Assembly: GCA_964402535.1 (NCBI GenBank)
Contig: CAYOCH010000001.1
Span: forward strand, 8,286-72,285
Direction: 5' to 3'
Length of the DNA: 64,000 nucleotides
Origin: an uncultured Candidatus Saccharibacteria bacterium
GTDB taxonomy: Bacteria; Patescibacteriota; Minisyncoccia; Phycocordibacterales; Phycocordibacteraceae
In this document: positions 48,234-58,008 of the stretch, in pieces
Position numbering within the stretch: the stretch's first letter is position 1
Layout: each line of letters opens with the position of its first letter
Position numbers and translations under genes: made by a program
Notes under the pieces: model-generated
Told to the model about the DNA's origin: nothing
Database searches by the model: none
What the model saw: only the letters and a program-made list of their open reading frames with translations

Positions 48234-48237
48234 TGGC

Positions 48238-48393
48238 TCATTTCTTGGTCTCCTTGAAGAGGACGCGCTTCTTAAGCACAGGGTCGAACTTCATGAGCTC
48301 GATCTTGCGCTCCGTGGACTTCTTATTCTTGCGCGTCCAAATGACGTGCGCCGACTTGGTCGACTTGAGCTTGAGCAGACGGTCTTGAGACAT
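48238..48393 (-). CDS. rpmG: 50S ribosomal protein L33
   Basis: 51 aa: MSQDRLLKLKSTKSAHVIWTRKNKKSTERKIELMKFDPVLKKRVLFKETKK; not in ORF track (below 60 aa). Confidence 0.8.
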   Translation of the reverse strand: MSQDRLLKLKSTKSAHVIWTRKNKKSTERKIELMKFDPVLKKRVLFKETKK

Positions 48394-48420
48394 GCGAGAA
48401 ATCTAACAGAATAGGCGCGT

Positions 48421-51093
48421 TTAGGCAACTGCCGCTGCCTTCTTAGCGCGTGACGTACCCTTCTTCACCTCAAACGCCGGCTTGTCGCCCTTGATCGAGA
48501 CCGTGACCGTGCCGCCCTCCATGACGCCATGGTCGACCATCATGCCCGCAAGCGGCGTGAGGATCTCGTCCTGTACCGTGCGGCGCAAGGGGCGAGCGCC
48601 GTACTGCGGGTTGTAGCCGCGCTCGGCGAGCCAGCTCCGCACCTCCGGCGAGATGACGAGCGTGATGCGCTTCGCGGCGAGGCGCTTCATCACCTCCTCG
48701 ACCTGGTTGTCGACGATCCGGCCGAGCGCCTCCCTGGCGAGCACGTCGAAGATGATGATGTCGTCAAGACGATTCAAGAACTCGGGGCGGAAGTGCTCCT
48801 TAAGCGCATCCAGCACCTTCTCTTTGGTCTCTTCGTAGCGGGTCGCGTCGGTGGCGTCCGCCTTGCCGAAGCCGATATGCGCGAGCCGGTCGATATACTC
48901 GCCGCCGATATTGCTCGTGAGCACGATGATCGTGTTCTTAAAGTTGACCTTGCGGCCTTTAGAGTCGGTTAGGTGACCGGAGTCGAGCACCTGCAAGAGG
49001 ATGTTGAATACCTCGGGATGCGCCTTCTCGATCTCGTCGAAGAGGACGACGGCGTACGGGCGGTGGCGGATGCGCTCGGTCAAGGTCCCCGACTCTTCGT
49101 AGCCGACATACCCTGGCGGAGCACCGATCAGCTTGGCGACCGAGTGCTTCTCCATGAATTCGCTCATGTCGACGCGGACGAGCGCGTCCGGATCGTTGAA
49201 CATGAACTCGGCGAGGCGGCGTGAGAGCTCCGTCTTGCCGACACCGGTCGGACCGAGGAAGAGGAATGAGCCGATCGGCCGGTTGGGGTCGCTGATCCCG
49301 ACGCGCGAGCGCTTCACGGCGTCCGCAACCTTCTTCACCGCCGCGTCCTGGCCGATGATGCTCATCTTCAAGGACTCCTCCATGCGCGAGAGCTTGGCGG
49401 CCTCCTCTTCGAGCATGCGCGCGACCGGGATGCCGGTCCAGCGCGACACGACCGCGGCGATATCCTGCTCCGTCACCTCCTCGTTCAAGACGCGGCGCGA
49501 CTTCTGCAGCGTCTTCAAGCGCTTCAGCTTGGTCTCGAGATCCTTCTGGATCTGCGGGATCCGGCCGTAGCGGATCTCGGCGACCGTGCCGAGGTCGGCA
49601 GCGATCTCGGCATTATCTGCCTGCACCTTCAAGGTCTCGAGCTCAGCCTTGGCGGCGCGGATGCCCGTGAGCACCTCCTTCTCGTTCTTCCACTTGAGCT
49701 CGAGCTCGCTGGTCTTCTCTTTCAAATCGGCCATCTCCTTGTCGATATCCTTGATGCGCTCCTTGATCTGCTTCGCATCTTCGCTCTCGAGGTCCTTGGC
49801 GAGCGCCTGCTTCTCGATCTCGAGCCGGCGGATCTTGCGGTCCGTCTCTTCGAGCAAGGGCGGCTTGTTCTCAAGCGCGATGCGCAGCCCAGAGGCGGCC
49901 TCGTCGATCAGGTCGATCGCCTTGTCCGGCAAGAAGCGGTCGGAGATGTAGCGCGACGAGAGCTCGACGGCCGCGACAATCGCGCCGTCAGTGATCCGAA
50001 CGCCGTGGAAGAGCTCGTACTTATCGCGTAGACCACGCAAGACGGCGATGCCGTCCTCGACCGAGGGCTCCTGCACGAACACCGGCTGGAAGCGGCGCGT
50101 GAGCGCAGCATCCTTCTCGATATATTTCTGGTATTCCTTCAAAGTCGTAGCGCCGATAATACGGATCTCGCCGCGCGAGAGCGCAGGTTTCAGCATGTTT
50201 GAGGCGTCCAAGGAGCCCTCTGCTCCGCCGGCACCCACGAGCGTGTGAAGCTCGTCGACGAAGATGATCGCCTTACCCTCTGCGCGCTCGACCTCCTTCA
50301 TCACGTTCTTCATGCGCTCCTCGAACTCGCCGCGGTACTTGGTGCCCGCGATCATGAGCCCGAGATCGAGCGAGAGGAGCTCCTTGCCCTTAAGCGATTC
50401 GGGCACATCGCCCTGCGCCATGCGCGCCGCGAGCCCCTCGGCGATCGCCGTCTTGCCGACGCCCGCCTCGCCGATCAAGACCGGGTTGTTCTTGGTGCGG
50501 CGCGCGAGGATCTGGATCACGCGATTGATCTCGGTATCGCGACCGATCACCGGGTCGAGCTTGTTCTCTGCTGCAAGCTTGGTGAGATTGCGGGAGTACT
50601 TGGCGAGCGCGCGGAAGCGCTTGGGCTCTGCACCCTGGCCATCCTTAGAGCTCTTGAGCTCCTTCAAGATCGCGAGCGCCGCGTCGCGACCGATCGAGAA
50701 GCGCGCGAGGAGATCTGCCGCCGGCCCCGGGTGCTCGATTACCGCCAAGAAGAGATGTTCCGTGCCGACGAACGTGTCGTTCATCCGCGCAGCAATCTTG
50801 CCGGACGCTTCGAGCGCCTGTGCGAGGTCAGGGGTGAGATAGATCTGATACGAAGGCGAGAGGACGGAGGCCGTCTCTGGCGCCTCGAGATGCTCGAGCA
50901 CAGCGTCCGCGAGCATGATCGTGTCGACCTCCATCCGGTCGAGTATCGAAAACACGAGCGACTCCTCCTGCAGCACGAGTGCGGCAAGCAGGTGGAGCGG
51001 CGAGACGTGGTTCTGGCCGCGCTCGATCGCGAGCTCGTGCGCGCGCCGCACGGCTTCCTTGGCTTTGGTGGTGAAATTATTGAATGGAGGCAT
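48421..51093 (-). CDS. clpB: ATP-dependent chaperone ClpB
   Basis: 890 aa; Clp N domain, two AAA+ modules ([15 protein letters not shown]; [15 protein letters not shown]), middle coiled coil. Confidence 0.95.
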   Translation of the reverse strand: MPPFNNFTTKAKEAVRRAHELAIERGQNHVSPLHLLAALVLQEESLVFSILDRMEVDTIMLADAVLEHLEAPETASVLSPSYQIYLTPDLAQALEASGKIAARMNDTFVGTEHLFLAVIEHPGPAADLLARFSIGRDAALAILKELKSSKDGQGAEPKRFRALAKYSRNLTKLAAENKLDPVIGRDTEINRVIQILARRTKNNPVLIGEAGVGKTAIAEGLAARMAQGDVPESLKGKELLSLDLGLMIAGTKYRGEFEERMKNVMKEVERAEGKAIIFVDELHTLVGAGGAEGSLDASNMLKPALSRGEIRIIGATTLKEYQKYIEKDAALTRRFQPVFVQEPSVEDGIAVLRGLRDKYELFHGVRITDGAIVAAVELSSRYISDRFLPDKAIDLIDEAASGLRIALENKPPLLEETDRKIRRLEIEKQALAKDLESEDAKQIKERIKDIDKEMADLKEKTSELELKWKNEKEVLTGIRAAKAELETLKVQADNAEIAADLGTVAEIRYGRIPQIQKDLETKLKRLKTLQKSRRVLNEEVTEQDIAAVVSRWTGIPVARMLEEEAAKLSRMEESLKMSIIGQDAAVKKVADAVKRSRVGISDPNRPIGSFLFLGPTGVGKTELSRRLAEFMFNDPDALVRVDMSEFMEKHSVAKLIGAPPGYVGYEESGTLTERIRHRPYAVVLFDEIEKAHPEVFNILLQVLDSGHLTDSKGRKVNFKNTIIVLTSNIGGEYIDRLAHIGFGKADATDATRYEETKEKVLDALKEHFRPEFLNRLDDIIIFDVLAREALGRIVDNQVEEVMKRLAAKRITLVISPEVRSWLAERGYNPQYGARPLRRTVQDEILTPLAGMMVDHGVMEGGTVTVSIKGDKPAFEVKKGTSRAKKAAAVA

Positions 51094-51121
51094 AGCGGTG
51101 CGGAATAGCTAGTAAAGAGAA

Positions 51122-51889
51122 CTACTTCGCGGCCGTCGTCGTTGCAGCAGTCGTCGTCGCGGTGAGGAGCGCCGTGATCGTGTTCGCACTGAGGAGGAGG
51201 CCAGCCGTACCTCCTGCCGCGATGCCGATCAGATCACCCGAGAGGTCGACTGCTGCGCTGCCGGCGCCGATGTCGGGAAGCGTCGTGTAGATGCCCTTCG
51301 ACCCGACGCGAGCGACGATGCCGGTCGAAGCGGCACCGTCTGCACCGATCGCGAGCACGGTCTGACCGAGCTTCAGGTTGGCAGCACTGATGAGATCGGG
51401 CGAGGCCATCTTGGGGAGCGCTGCAGAGTCGGCAAACCCGTAGATCGCGATACCCTTCCCTTCATGCGAGAGCGAGGCAGGGACGAACGCGCCGTTCGTG
51501 AACTCGACCAGCACCTCCTTGGTGAGCGCGTCCTGCGCCGCAGTCGCGACCGCACGCGACTTAGGCAGATAGGTGCCGATGGCGAGGGCGGGCGTCGAAG
51601 TGCCGGTATCTGCCGCGTAGATTGCGATCGCACGCGTAGCGTCAGCGCCGATCGCCGCGGTGACCAGGTCCTGGTTCGACGGCGCGGGCGCCTGCTGGGT
51701 CACGGCGGGAGCGGCCGCTGCGACCGTCTCAATCGTGCGTTCGACGACGCGATTCACCGTCTGCGTGACGAATGCGGGTGCGCGGTCGAGGAGCGATACG
51801 GTCAAGATGCCGGTCGCGACCGACGTCACGAAGTTCACGAGGATCGTGAGGAGAATCAGCTGCGATTTCGTCAGTTCCTCTATGTTCAT
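51122..51889 (-). CDS. Hypothetical membrane-anchored Ala/Thr-rich protein
   Basis: 255 aa; N-terminal TM; no domain recognised. Confidence 0.4.
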   Translation of the reverse strand: MNIEELTKSQLILLTILVNFVTSVATGILTVSLLDRAPAFVTQTVNRVVERTIETVAAAAPAVTQQAPAPSNQDLVTAAIGADATRAIAIYAADTGTSTPALAIGTYLPKSRAVATAAQDALTKEVLVEFTNGAFVPASLSHEGKGIAIYGFADSAALPKMASPDLISAANLKLGQTVLAIGADGAASTGIVARVGSKGIYTTLPDIGAGSAAVDLSGDLIGIAAGGTAGLLLSANTITALLTATTTAATTTAAK

Positions 51890-51901
51890 ATCGGTATAAT
51901 G

Positions 51902-53026
51902 CTACCCGCGACTACTGCTGTCAATGAACGCGACCGACGCGGCGAGCGCACTCGCGAACCGCCCGAGATCCCGCTCTGAAACGCGCGGACCCCACGAGAT
52001 CCGAAGCGTCGATTTCGAGCGTTCTGCGTCTCCGGTGAGGGCAAAGATCGCGCGCGAACCCTCTTGCGAATCCGTCTCACAGGCGCTCCGCGTCGAGATA
52101 GCGAATCCGGCTTCATCGAGGAGCGCCACCAGGTAGTCTGTATCGCGACCGGGTAACGAAACATTAAGGACGTTCGGCGCCTGCGCTTTGCCCTCGTTGA
52201 TATATACGTTCGAAACATCGCGCATGATTCGTCCGACGAGCTCCGAGCGCGCCGCCGCTGCGACAGCGCGAAACGTCTCGCGATTGTTCGCGGCAGTGTG
52301 CAGTGCCGTCGCAAATCGCGCTGCAAGCTCGGGCGACTCGCTGCCAGAGCGCAAGCCGCGCTCTTGGCCGCCGCCTGCATATATAGGCACGAGCGGGATC
52401 GTGCGGTGCGCGATCACGGCGCCGATCCCGCGCGCGTCGCCGACCTTCGAGCCATCGAAGACGAGCAGGTCGGCGGCAAAATGAGCGCGGGTGACCTTCT
52501 CCGTCAAGGGCGCCTGTGAGGCGTCGACGTGCAGCAGTACCTTCCCTATCGCCTGTTTCACCTCGCGCGTATTCCAGATCACACCCGTCTCGCCGCAGAC
52601 GGCGTCCATCGAGACGAGAACCGTCTCGGGGCGGATCATCTTCTTGAGTGCGGCGACATCAATGCGCGCATCCTTGATCGGCAACGGCTCCACTGCGACG
52701 CCCTCTGCCGCAAGCAGTTTCGCGTTCTCGACGATCGAGGCATGCGCGCTCGGCAGATAGAGCACGTGCAGGTTGTTGCGGCCGGGCGCATCAGCGTCTG
52801 CACTCTGCCGCAACGCTCGCACATGCCCGAGCATCGCGAGCGCGTTGCCCTCGGTCGCGCCGCTCGTGAAGAGGACGTCGTCGCTCTGCACCTCGGCGAG
52901 CCGCGCGATCGCCGTCCGCGCCTCTTCGAGCACACGCTTCGCCTCCCGCCCCTCCGTATGCGGCGAGGACGGGTTCCCGGTCGCGCCGGCAGCGGCGTCG
53001 AGATAGACCCTGGAGCGCGAGAACAT
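51902..53026 (-). CDS. Cysteine desulfurase-family class V aminotransferase
   Basis: PLP-lysine region and conserved Cys loop near the C-terminus (STRSACETD). Confidence 0.8.
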   Translation of the reverse strand: MFSRSRVYLDAAAGATGNPSSPHTEGREAKRVLEEARTAIARLAEVQSDDVLFTSGATEGNALAMLGHVRALRQSADADAPGRNNLHVLYLPSAHASIVENAKLLAAEGVAVEPLPIKDARIDVAALKKMIRPETVLVSMDAVCGETGVIWNTREVKQAIGKVLLHVDASQAPLTEKVTRAHFAADLLVFDGSKVGDARGIGAVIAHRTIPLVPIYAGGGQERGLRSGSESPELAARFATALHTAANNRETFRAVAAAARSELVGRIMRDVSNVYINEGKAQAPNVLNVSLPGRDTDYLVALLDEAGFAISTRSACETDSQEGSRAIFALTGDAERSKSTLRISWGPRVSERDLGRFASALAASVAFIDSSSRG

Positions 53027-53083
53027 AGCAGTATTCTACACGACATTGCAGATACGCCATTTTTGTGATGAAATGGGGACATT

Positions 53084-54553
53084 ATGGCGCGGGAACAGCG
53101 ACCGCCCGTCATCGCGGTGATGGGTCACATAGACCACGGCAAGTCCTCTCTCTTGGACTATATCCGCAAGGCCAACGTCGTCGCCGGCGAGGCGGGCGGC
53201 ATCACGCAGCACGTCGCCGCCTACATCGCTGAGCACGCGGAGCGCAAGGTCACCTTTCTTGATACACCGGGCCACGAGGCGTTCAAGTCGCTCCGCACGC
53301 GCGGCGCGGCCGCAGCGGACATCGCGATCCTCGTCGTCGCGGCAGACGAGGGTGTGATGCCGCAGACCTTGGACGCGCTCGCCGCCATCACGGAGGCCAA
53401 GATCCCCTACGTCATCGCGATCACCAAGATCGACAAGAACAACGCCGACATCGGCCACACCAAGAACTCGCTCATCGAGAACGGCATCTATATCGAGGGC
53501 ATGGGCGGCGACATCGCCTATGCGCCGATCTCGTCGAAGACAGGCGAAGGCGTACCCGAGCTCCTCGATCTCGTGCTCCTCGCCTCTGACCTTGCAGAAC
53601 TCACGGCCGACCCCGCAGCGAGCGCGACCGGCTTCGTCCTCGAGTCGACGCAGGACCCTAAGCGCGGCGCCTCTGCGACGCTCATCATCAAGGACGGCAC
53701 GCTCACCAAAGACGGATTCGTCGTCGCAGGCGACGCATACGCGCCGATCCGCTTCATAGAAGACTTCCGCGGTGCTCGCATCGAGAGCGCCGGCCCCTCT
53801 GCGCCGGTGCGCATCTCGAGCTTCTCTAAGCTGCCGGTCGCCGGCTCTCTCTTCTCTATCGCCGCAACGAAGAAAGAGGCAGAGTCGCTCACCGCCGAGG
53901 CTGCTAAAGCGCAGGCGGCGACCGTCGAGCGCAGCGCACTCGCCGAGGGCCTCGCAGAACTTCCGCTCGTGGTGAAGGCAGACGTCGCAGGCTCGGTCGA
54001 CGCGATAGCGCACGAGCTCAAGAAGGTCACCCACGAGCGCGCGATCGTACGCGTCATCGCCTCGGGCGTGGGCAGCGTCTCTGAGGGCGACGTCAAGACG
54101 GCGTATGCCGCGAGCGGCGCGATCATCGCCTTCAACGTCGGCACTGATCCGATCGCGAGCGAGATCGCGCTCCGCGATGATGTCGGCATCTATACGTTCT
54201 CGATCATCTATGAGCTCTCAGAGAAAGTGCGTGAGCTCCTCGCTGCGAGCGTGCCGAAGGTCGAGACCGAAAAGGAGATCGGCCGCGCACTCGTGCTCAA
54301 GCCCTTCTCTTCGACCGCAAAGAAGCAGGTGCTCGGCGTGCGCTATGTATCGGGTGCGCTCTCAGTCGGCGACCGCGTCAAGCTCATCCGCAAGGGTGAA
54401 GAGATCGGGCGCGGCAGCATCGCGAACTTGCAGCAGGCTCGCGCGGACGTGAAGGTGGTCAAGGCCGAGGGCGACTTCGGCACTGAGATCGAGTGCCGCG
54501 CGGCAGCAGCCTACGGCGACGAGATCATCGCCTTCGAGGTGACGCAGGCATGA
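53084..54553 (+). CDS. infB: Translation initiation factor IF-2 (short form lacking the N-terminal region)
   Basis: G domain ([30 protein letters not shown]) then IF-2 domains II-IV; 489 aa. Confidence 0.9.
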   Translation: MAREQRPPVIAVMGHIDHGKSSLLDYIRKANVVAGEAGGITQHVAAYIAEHAERKVTFLDTPGHEAFKSLRTRGAAAADIAILVVAADEGVMPQTLDALAAITEAKIPYVIAITKIDKNNADIGHTKNSLIENGIYIEGMGGDIAYAPISSKTGEGVPELLDLVLLASDLAELTADPAASATGFVLESTQDPKRGASATLIIKDGTLTKDGFVVAGDAYAPIRFIEDFRGARIESAGPSAPVRISSFSKLPVAGSLFSIAATKKEAESLTAEAAKAQAATVERSALAEGLAELPLVVKADVAGSVDAIAHELKKVTHERAIVRVIASGVGSVSEGDVKTAYAASGAIIAFNVGTDPIASEIALRDDVGIYTFSIIYELSEKVRELLAASVPKVETEKEIGRALVLKPFSSTAKKQVLGVRYVSGALSVGDRVKLIRKGEEIGRGSIANLQQARADVKVVKAEGDFGTEIECRAAAAYGDEIIAFEVTQA

Positions 54554-54855
54554 GCAAGCAGACCGACCGCGCCGCAGAGATCGTCGCGCACGAGGCGGCA
54601 GAATTTATCGCCCGCGAGGCAGGCACCGAGTCGCTCATCACCGTGATTCGTGCGCAAAGCGTCGCACACGGCGACCGGATGCTCGTGTTCGTGAGCGTCT
54701 TCCCGGCTGACAAGACGCACGCCGCGCTCGCCTTTCTCGACCGGCAGCGTGAAGCATTTTCTGATTATCTGAAAGAGCACATCCGTATGCGCTTACCTCG
54801 CGTCGAGTTCTTGCTCGAGAACGGCGAACATTCAGGAGGCCCGGGCGGGAATTGA
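54550..54855 (+). CDS. rbfA: Ribosome-binding factor A
   Basis: ATGA overlap with infB stop; KH-like fold sequence ITVIRAQSVAHGDRMLVFVSV; canonical infB-rbfA order. Confidence 0.75.
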   Translation: MSKQTDRAAEIVAHEAAEFIAREAGTESLITVIRAQSVAHGDRMLVFVSVFPADKTHAALAFLDRQREAFSDYLKEHIRMRLPRVEFLLENGEHSGGPGGN

Positions 54856-54908
54856 ACCCGCGCATCGCGGTTTTGCAGACCGCTGTGTTACCACTTCACC
54901 ACCGGGCC
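54837..54908 (-). tRNA. tRNA-Cys(GCA)
   Basis: Acceptor GGCCCGG, anticodon loop CTGCAAA, T-loop TTCAATT, U73 discriminator. Confidence 0.75.
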
Positions 54909-54950
54909 ATGTGTACGAGAATAACAGAGAAGATAGTATCATCCAAAGAC

Positions 54951-55039
54951 GCCGAGGTGATGGAATGGTAGACATAGGGGACTTAAAATCCCCAGAGGAC
55001 ATAAACACCCTCATGAGAGTTCGAGTCTCTCCCTCGGCA
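54951..55039 (+). tRNA. tRNA-Leu(TAA) with unusually long variable arm
   Basis: Acceptor GCCGAGG/CCTCGGC, anticodon loop CTTAAAA, variable region about 21 nt, T-loop TTCGAGT. Confidence 0.65.
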
Positions 55040-55040
55040 C

Positions 55041-55850
55041 ATGACGACGCGGACGAAACGCATAGGGGTCTTCGATTCCGGCTTCGGCGGGCTGCACGTC
55101 CTGCGCTCGATCGTCCGCGAGCTGCCCGACTATGAATACGTCTACTTAGGCGACACCGCCCGCGCACCCTACGGCGACCGGCCGCAGGAGACGATATATG
55201 CGTATACCAAACAGGCGGTAGACTTTCTCTTCTCGCACGGGTGCGGCCTCGTGGTGATCGCCTGCAATACGGCCTCGGCCGACGCGCTGCGCAAGATTCA
55301 AGACGAGTACGGTGCAAAGAAGAAGGTGCTCGGCGTCCTGATCCCTGCAGCTGAAGAGGCGGTCGAGATGACCGCGAACCGCCGCGTCGGCGTGATCGCA
55401 ACGCACAGCACAGTCGAGTCGGGCAAGTTCGTCCGCGAACTCGCCAAGCTCGACGAAGGCGTCGCGGTCTATCAGCAAGCGTGCCCGCTCTTGGTGCCGC
55501 TCGTCGAGGCCGGCGAGCACGACACGCCCGAGATGACGACGATCCTCGAACGCTACCTCGAGCCGCTCAAATCGAGAGACATAGACACGCTCATCCTCGG
55601 CTGCACGCACTACGGGATCCTCGAAGAGAAGATCCGTGCGGCTATCGGGCCCCAGGTCGCGATCGTCTCTGAGGCGCAGGTCGTGCCCAAGAAGCTCGCT
55701 GACTATCTCTCTCACCACAGAGAGATCGAAGAGACGCTCAGCACGACACCCGCCGTGCATTTCTATTCGACTGACCGCACTGACAAGTTCCAGACGCTCG
55801 GCAGCAAGCTCTTCGGCCGACCGATCGAGGTCGAACAGGCTGACCTATAA
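55041..55850 (+). CDS. murI: Glutamate racemase
   Basis: VFDSGFGGL, two catalytic Cys (IACNTAS and GCTHYG). Confidence 0.85.
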   Translation: MTTRTKRIGVFDSGFGGLHVLRSIVRELPDYEYVYLGDTARAPYGDRPQETIYAYTKQAVDFLFSHGCGLVVIACNTASADALRKIQDEYGAKKKVLGVLIPAAEEAVEMTANRRVGVIATHSTVESGKFVRELAKLDEGVAVYQQACPLLVPLVEAGEHDTPEMTTILERYLEPLKSRDIDTLILGCTHYGILEEKIRAAIGPQVAIVSEAQVVPKKLADYLSHHREIEETLSTTPAVHFYSTDRTDKFQTLGSKLFGRPIEVEQADL

Positions 55851-55863
55851 ATCGAACGATTTG

Positions 55864-55936
55864 TGCTCCCACCAGGGCTCGAACCTGGGACCCACTGCTT
55901 AAGAGGCAGTTGCTCTACCAACTGAGCTATAGGAGC
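55864..55936 (-). tRNA. tRNA-Lys(CTT)
   Basis: Acceptor GCTCCTA/TGGGAGC, anticodon loop CTCTTAA, T-loop TTCGAGC. Confidence 0.75.
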
Positions 55937-56028
55937 TGTATAGCGACAGTATACTAGTCGCCTGGTTGTTTCAACTGTGACCTGTGCATAAATGGTAGAC
56001 GTACTCGGTCTTAGGCTATGCTTTCTGA

Positions 56029-56670
56029 ATGGGAAGACATGCAAACCACTTCGACCTGTCATGGACTCACGATCTCGCGTATGTTGTGGGACTCTTAACA
56101 AGCGACGGCAATCTGTCTCCCGATGGTAGACACATTAATCTTACCTCTCGCGACAAGGAACTTGTTGAATATGCTCGCACGATTCTGGGTCTTACAAACA
56201 AGATCGGCAAGAAGGGTCGAGGGGGTTCGTTAACCAAAGACTATTATGTGCTGCAGTTCGGCAGCATACAATTCTATTCCTTTTTGCTTAAGATTGGGCT
56301 GACACCTGCGAAGTCAAAGACGCTAGGGCCGCTTGCGATCCCTCAACATTATTTCTGCGATTTCGTTCGCGGCTGCATCGACGGAGATGGAAACATCAGT
56401 GAGGCCTTGCACCCTGAGAGTTCGCTTATCCAGCTCCGTTTGCGCATTTCATCGGCAAGCCCCGCGTTCTTACGATGGTTGTTGACTCAACTGCGGCGGC
56501 AGTGCGAGGTGCCTGGGGGCTGGATCTATTTAGACAAGAAGAAATCTGTGAGTATGTTATGTTTTGGCAAGAGAGATTCAATCGATATATTACGAAGGGC
56601 GTACGAATATAAATCAGCGTATTTTCTGAGACGAAAATATGCGATTGCTAGGAAATATCTGGGCGAGTAG
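56029..56670 (+). CDS. LAGLIDADG family homing endonuclease (two-motif, single-chain type), free-standing
   Basis: Motif 1 YVVGLLTSDGNL and motif 2 FVRGCIDGDGNI about 100 aa apart; about 47% GC versus about 65% genome. Confidence 0.7.
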   Translation: MGRHANHFDLSWTHDLAYVVGLLTSDGNLSPDGRHINLTSRDKELVEYARTILGLTNKIGKKGRGGSLTKDYYVLQFGSIQFYSFLLKIGLTPAKSKTLGPLAIPQHYFCDFVRGCIDGDGNISEALHPESSLIQLRLRISSASPAFLRWLLTQLRRQCEVPGGWIYLDKKKSVSMLCFGKRDSIDILRRAYEYKSAYFLRRKYAIARKYLGE

Positions 56671-56742
56671 CCGAATTGGTACAGGCGCATGGCTTAGGAC
56701 CATGTCTCGCAAGAGGTGAGGGTTCGAGTCCCTCCTCGCCCA
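56661..56742 (+). tRNA. tRNA-Leu(TAG)
   Basis: Type II tRNA: acceptor GGGCGAG/CTCGCCC, anticodon loop CTTAGGA, long variable arm, T-loop TTCGAGT. Confidence 0.75.
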
Positions 56743-56749
56743 CTTGAGC

Positions 56750-56777
56750 TTGACAAACACGTGTTTTCGTGTATTAT
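56750..56777 (+). promoter_or_regulatory. Sigma-70-type promoter TTGACA-16 bp-TATTAT for the SPFH/NfeD operon
   Basis: Consensus -35, 16-bp spacer containing ACACGTGT palindrome, good -10; strong GAAGGAG SD 9 nt before ATG at 56836. Confidence 0.6.
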
Positions 56778-56835
56778 AGATAGCTAGATAGCGGGCTCTT
56801 TCCGCTACCCATCAACTCACAGAAGGAGAAGTCCA

Positions 56836-58008
56836 ATGTTAGACACCGTGCTTTCGTGGATGATCATCGTGCTTTTTGGCATGATGGCCGTCTGTATCCC
56901 CTTCTTCCTGCAGCAACTCGGCGAAGCCAGCATTCTCTTCACTACCGTGAAAGAAGGTACGGCTAAGGCGATTGTTCGCGGAAAATCCTTCGAACGATTC
57001 ATCATGTCATTCGAGGGCCGTCACCTGAATGACCCCGGGAAACCCTGGTTCGACGCTCGCCTGACGAAATGGGAGGTGGTTTACCACGGCGATATTCGGG
57101 GAGAGCTTGGGAAGGATGCGCATTACGACAATCGCTGGTGGCCGACTCGCTCACTCGGTCTGTATTGGATCGGATGGCCGTGGTCACATAGCGTCTATGT
57201 CTACGCGTTCGAATGGAATGAAACGGCGACGGATCGCGAAGGCAAACAGGTCATACGTCCTCGTGCAGAAGCTACCGACTACGTCGTTATCGGCGACTTC
57301 ACGTATGCAATCAAGACCGATGCCGCTGAAACAGCGGATCGCCTGCCGACCGACGAGCTCACGCTAGTCACGGTAGCGATTCAGAACCCGTATCGCGCCC
57401 TGTTCAACGGCGAAGACTGGATGCGCCGTACCACGTCTGCAATCAACCGACTGATCCGTGATATTGTCGGAAGGAAGACATTCGCTGAACTCATATCTTC
57501 TGATCTCGGGTCATTTTCTGGAGATATAGCTCGTCTGAGCAGAGAATTGCCCGGGGATGATCCGCAATCTAAACAAGGCGGACTCGAGGGGCGTTACGGC
57601 GTAGAAATACGCACAGCGGATCTGCAGACTGTCACCCTCACGGGGAAAGCTCAGGAGCGGAACGAGGAAGCGGCCGCGAAACAATACGTCGCCACTCAGG
57701 ATGCCTTAGCAGCAAGTATCAAAGGGAAAGCAGAAGCGGACGTCGCTCGGATGAAAGGTGAACAAGAAGCTGTGGTTATCGCACTGAAAGGTGCGAGAGA
57801 AGCCGAGGCGCTTGATAAACGCCTCGAAGTCATTAAGCGCCATGGCAAAGTCGCGGTTCAACTTGCCGGCTACGATGCATTGCAGGAGTCGGCAAAAGGT
57901 GCCGGCAGCACGATCATCTGGGCTAACGACCCACTTGGTCCGCTTGCCAGCCTGTTCCCGCACGGTCACCGCCAGCAAACTCAACAGAAAGGAGCCAAAC
58001 AAGCATGA
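56836..58008 (+). CDS. SPFH/band-7 (stomatin/flotillin/HflK-like) domain protein
   Basis: N-terminal TM, SPFH core, C-terminal Ala/Glu/Lys-rich coiled coil typical of flotillin-like proteins. Confidence 0.75.
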   Translation: MLDTVLSWMIIVLFGMMAVCIPFFLQQLGEASILFTTVKEGTAKAIVRGKSFERFIMSFEGRHLNDPGKPWFDARLTKWEVVYHGDIRGELGKDAHYDNRWWPTRSLGLYWIGWPWSHSVYVYAFEWNETATDREGKQVIRPRAEATDYVVIGDFTYAIKTDAAETADRLPTDELTLVTVAIQNPYRALFNGEDWMRRTTSAINRLIRDIVGRKTFAELISSDLGSFSGDIARLSRELPGDDPQSKQGGLEGRYGVEIRTADLQTVTLTGKAQERNEEAAAKQYVATQDALAASIKGKAEADVARMKGEQEAVVIALKGAREAEALDKRLEVIKRHGKVAVQLAGYDALQESAKGAGSTIIWANDPLGPLASLFPHGHRQQTQQKGAKQA

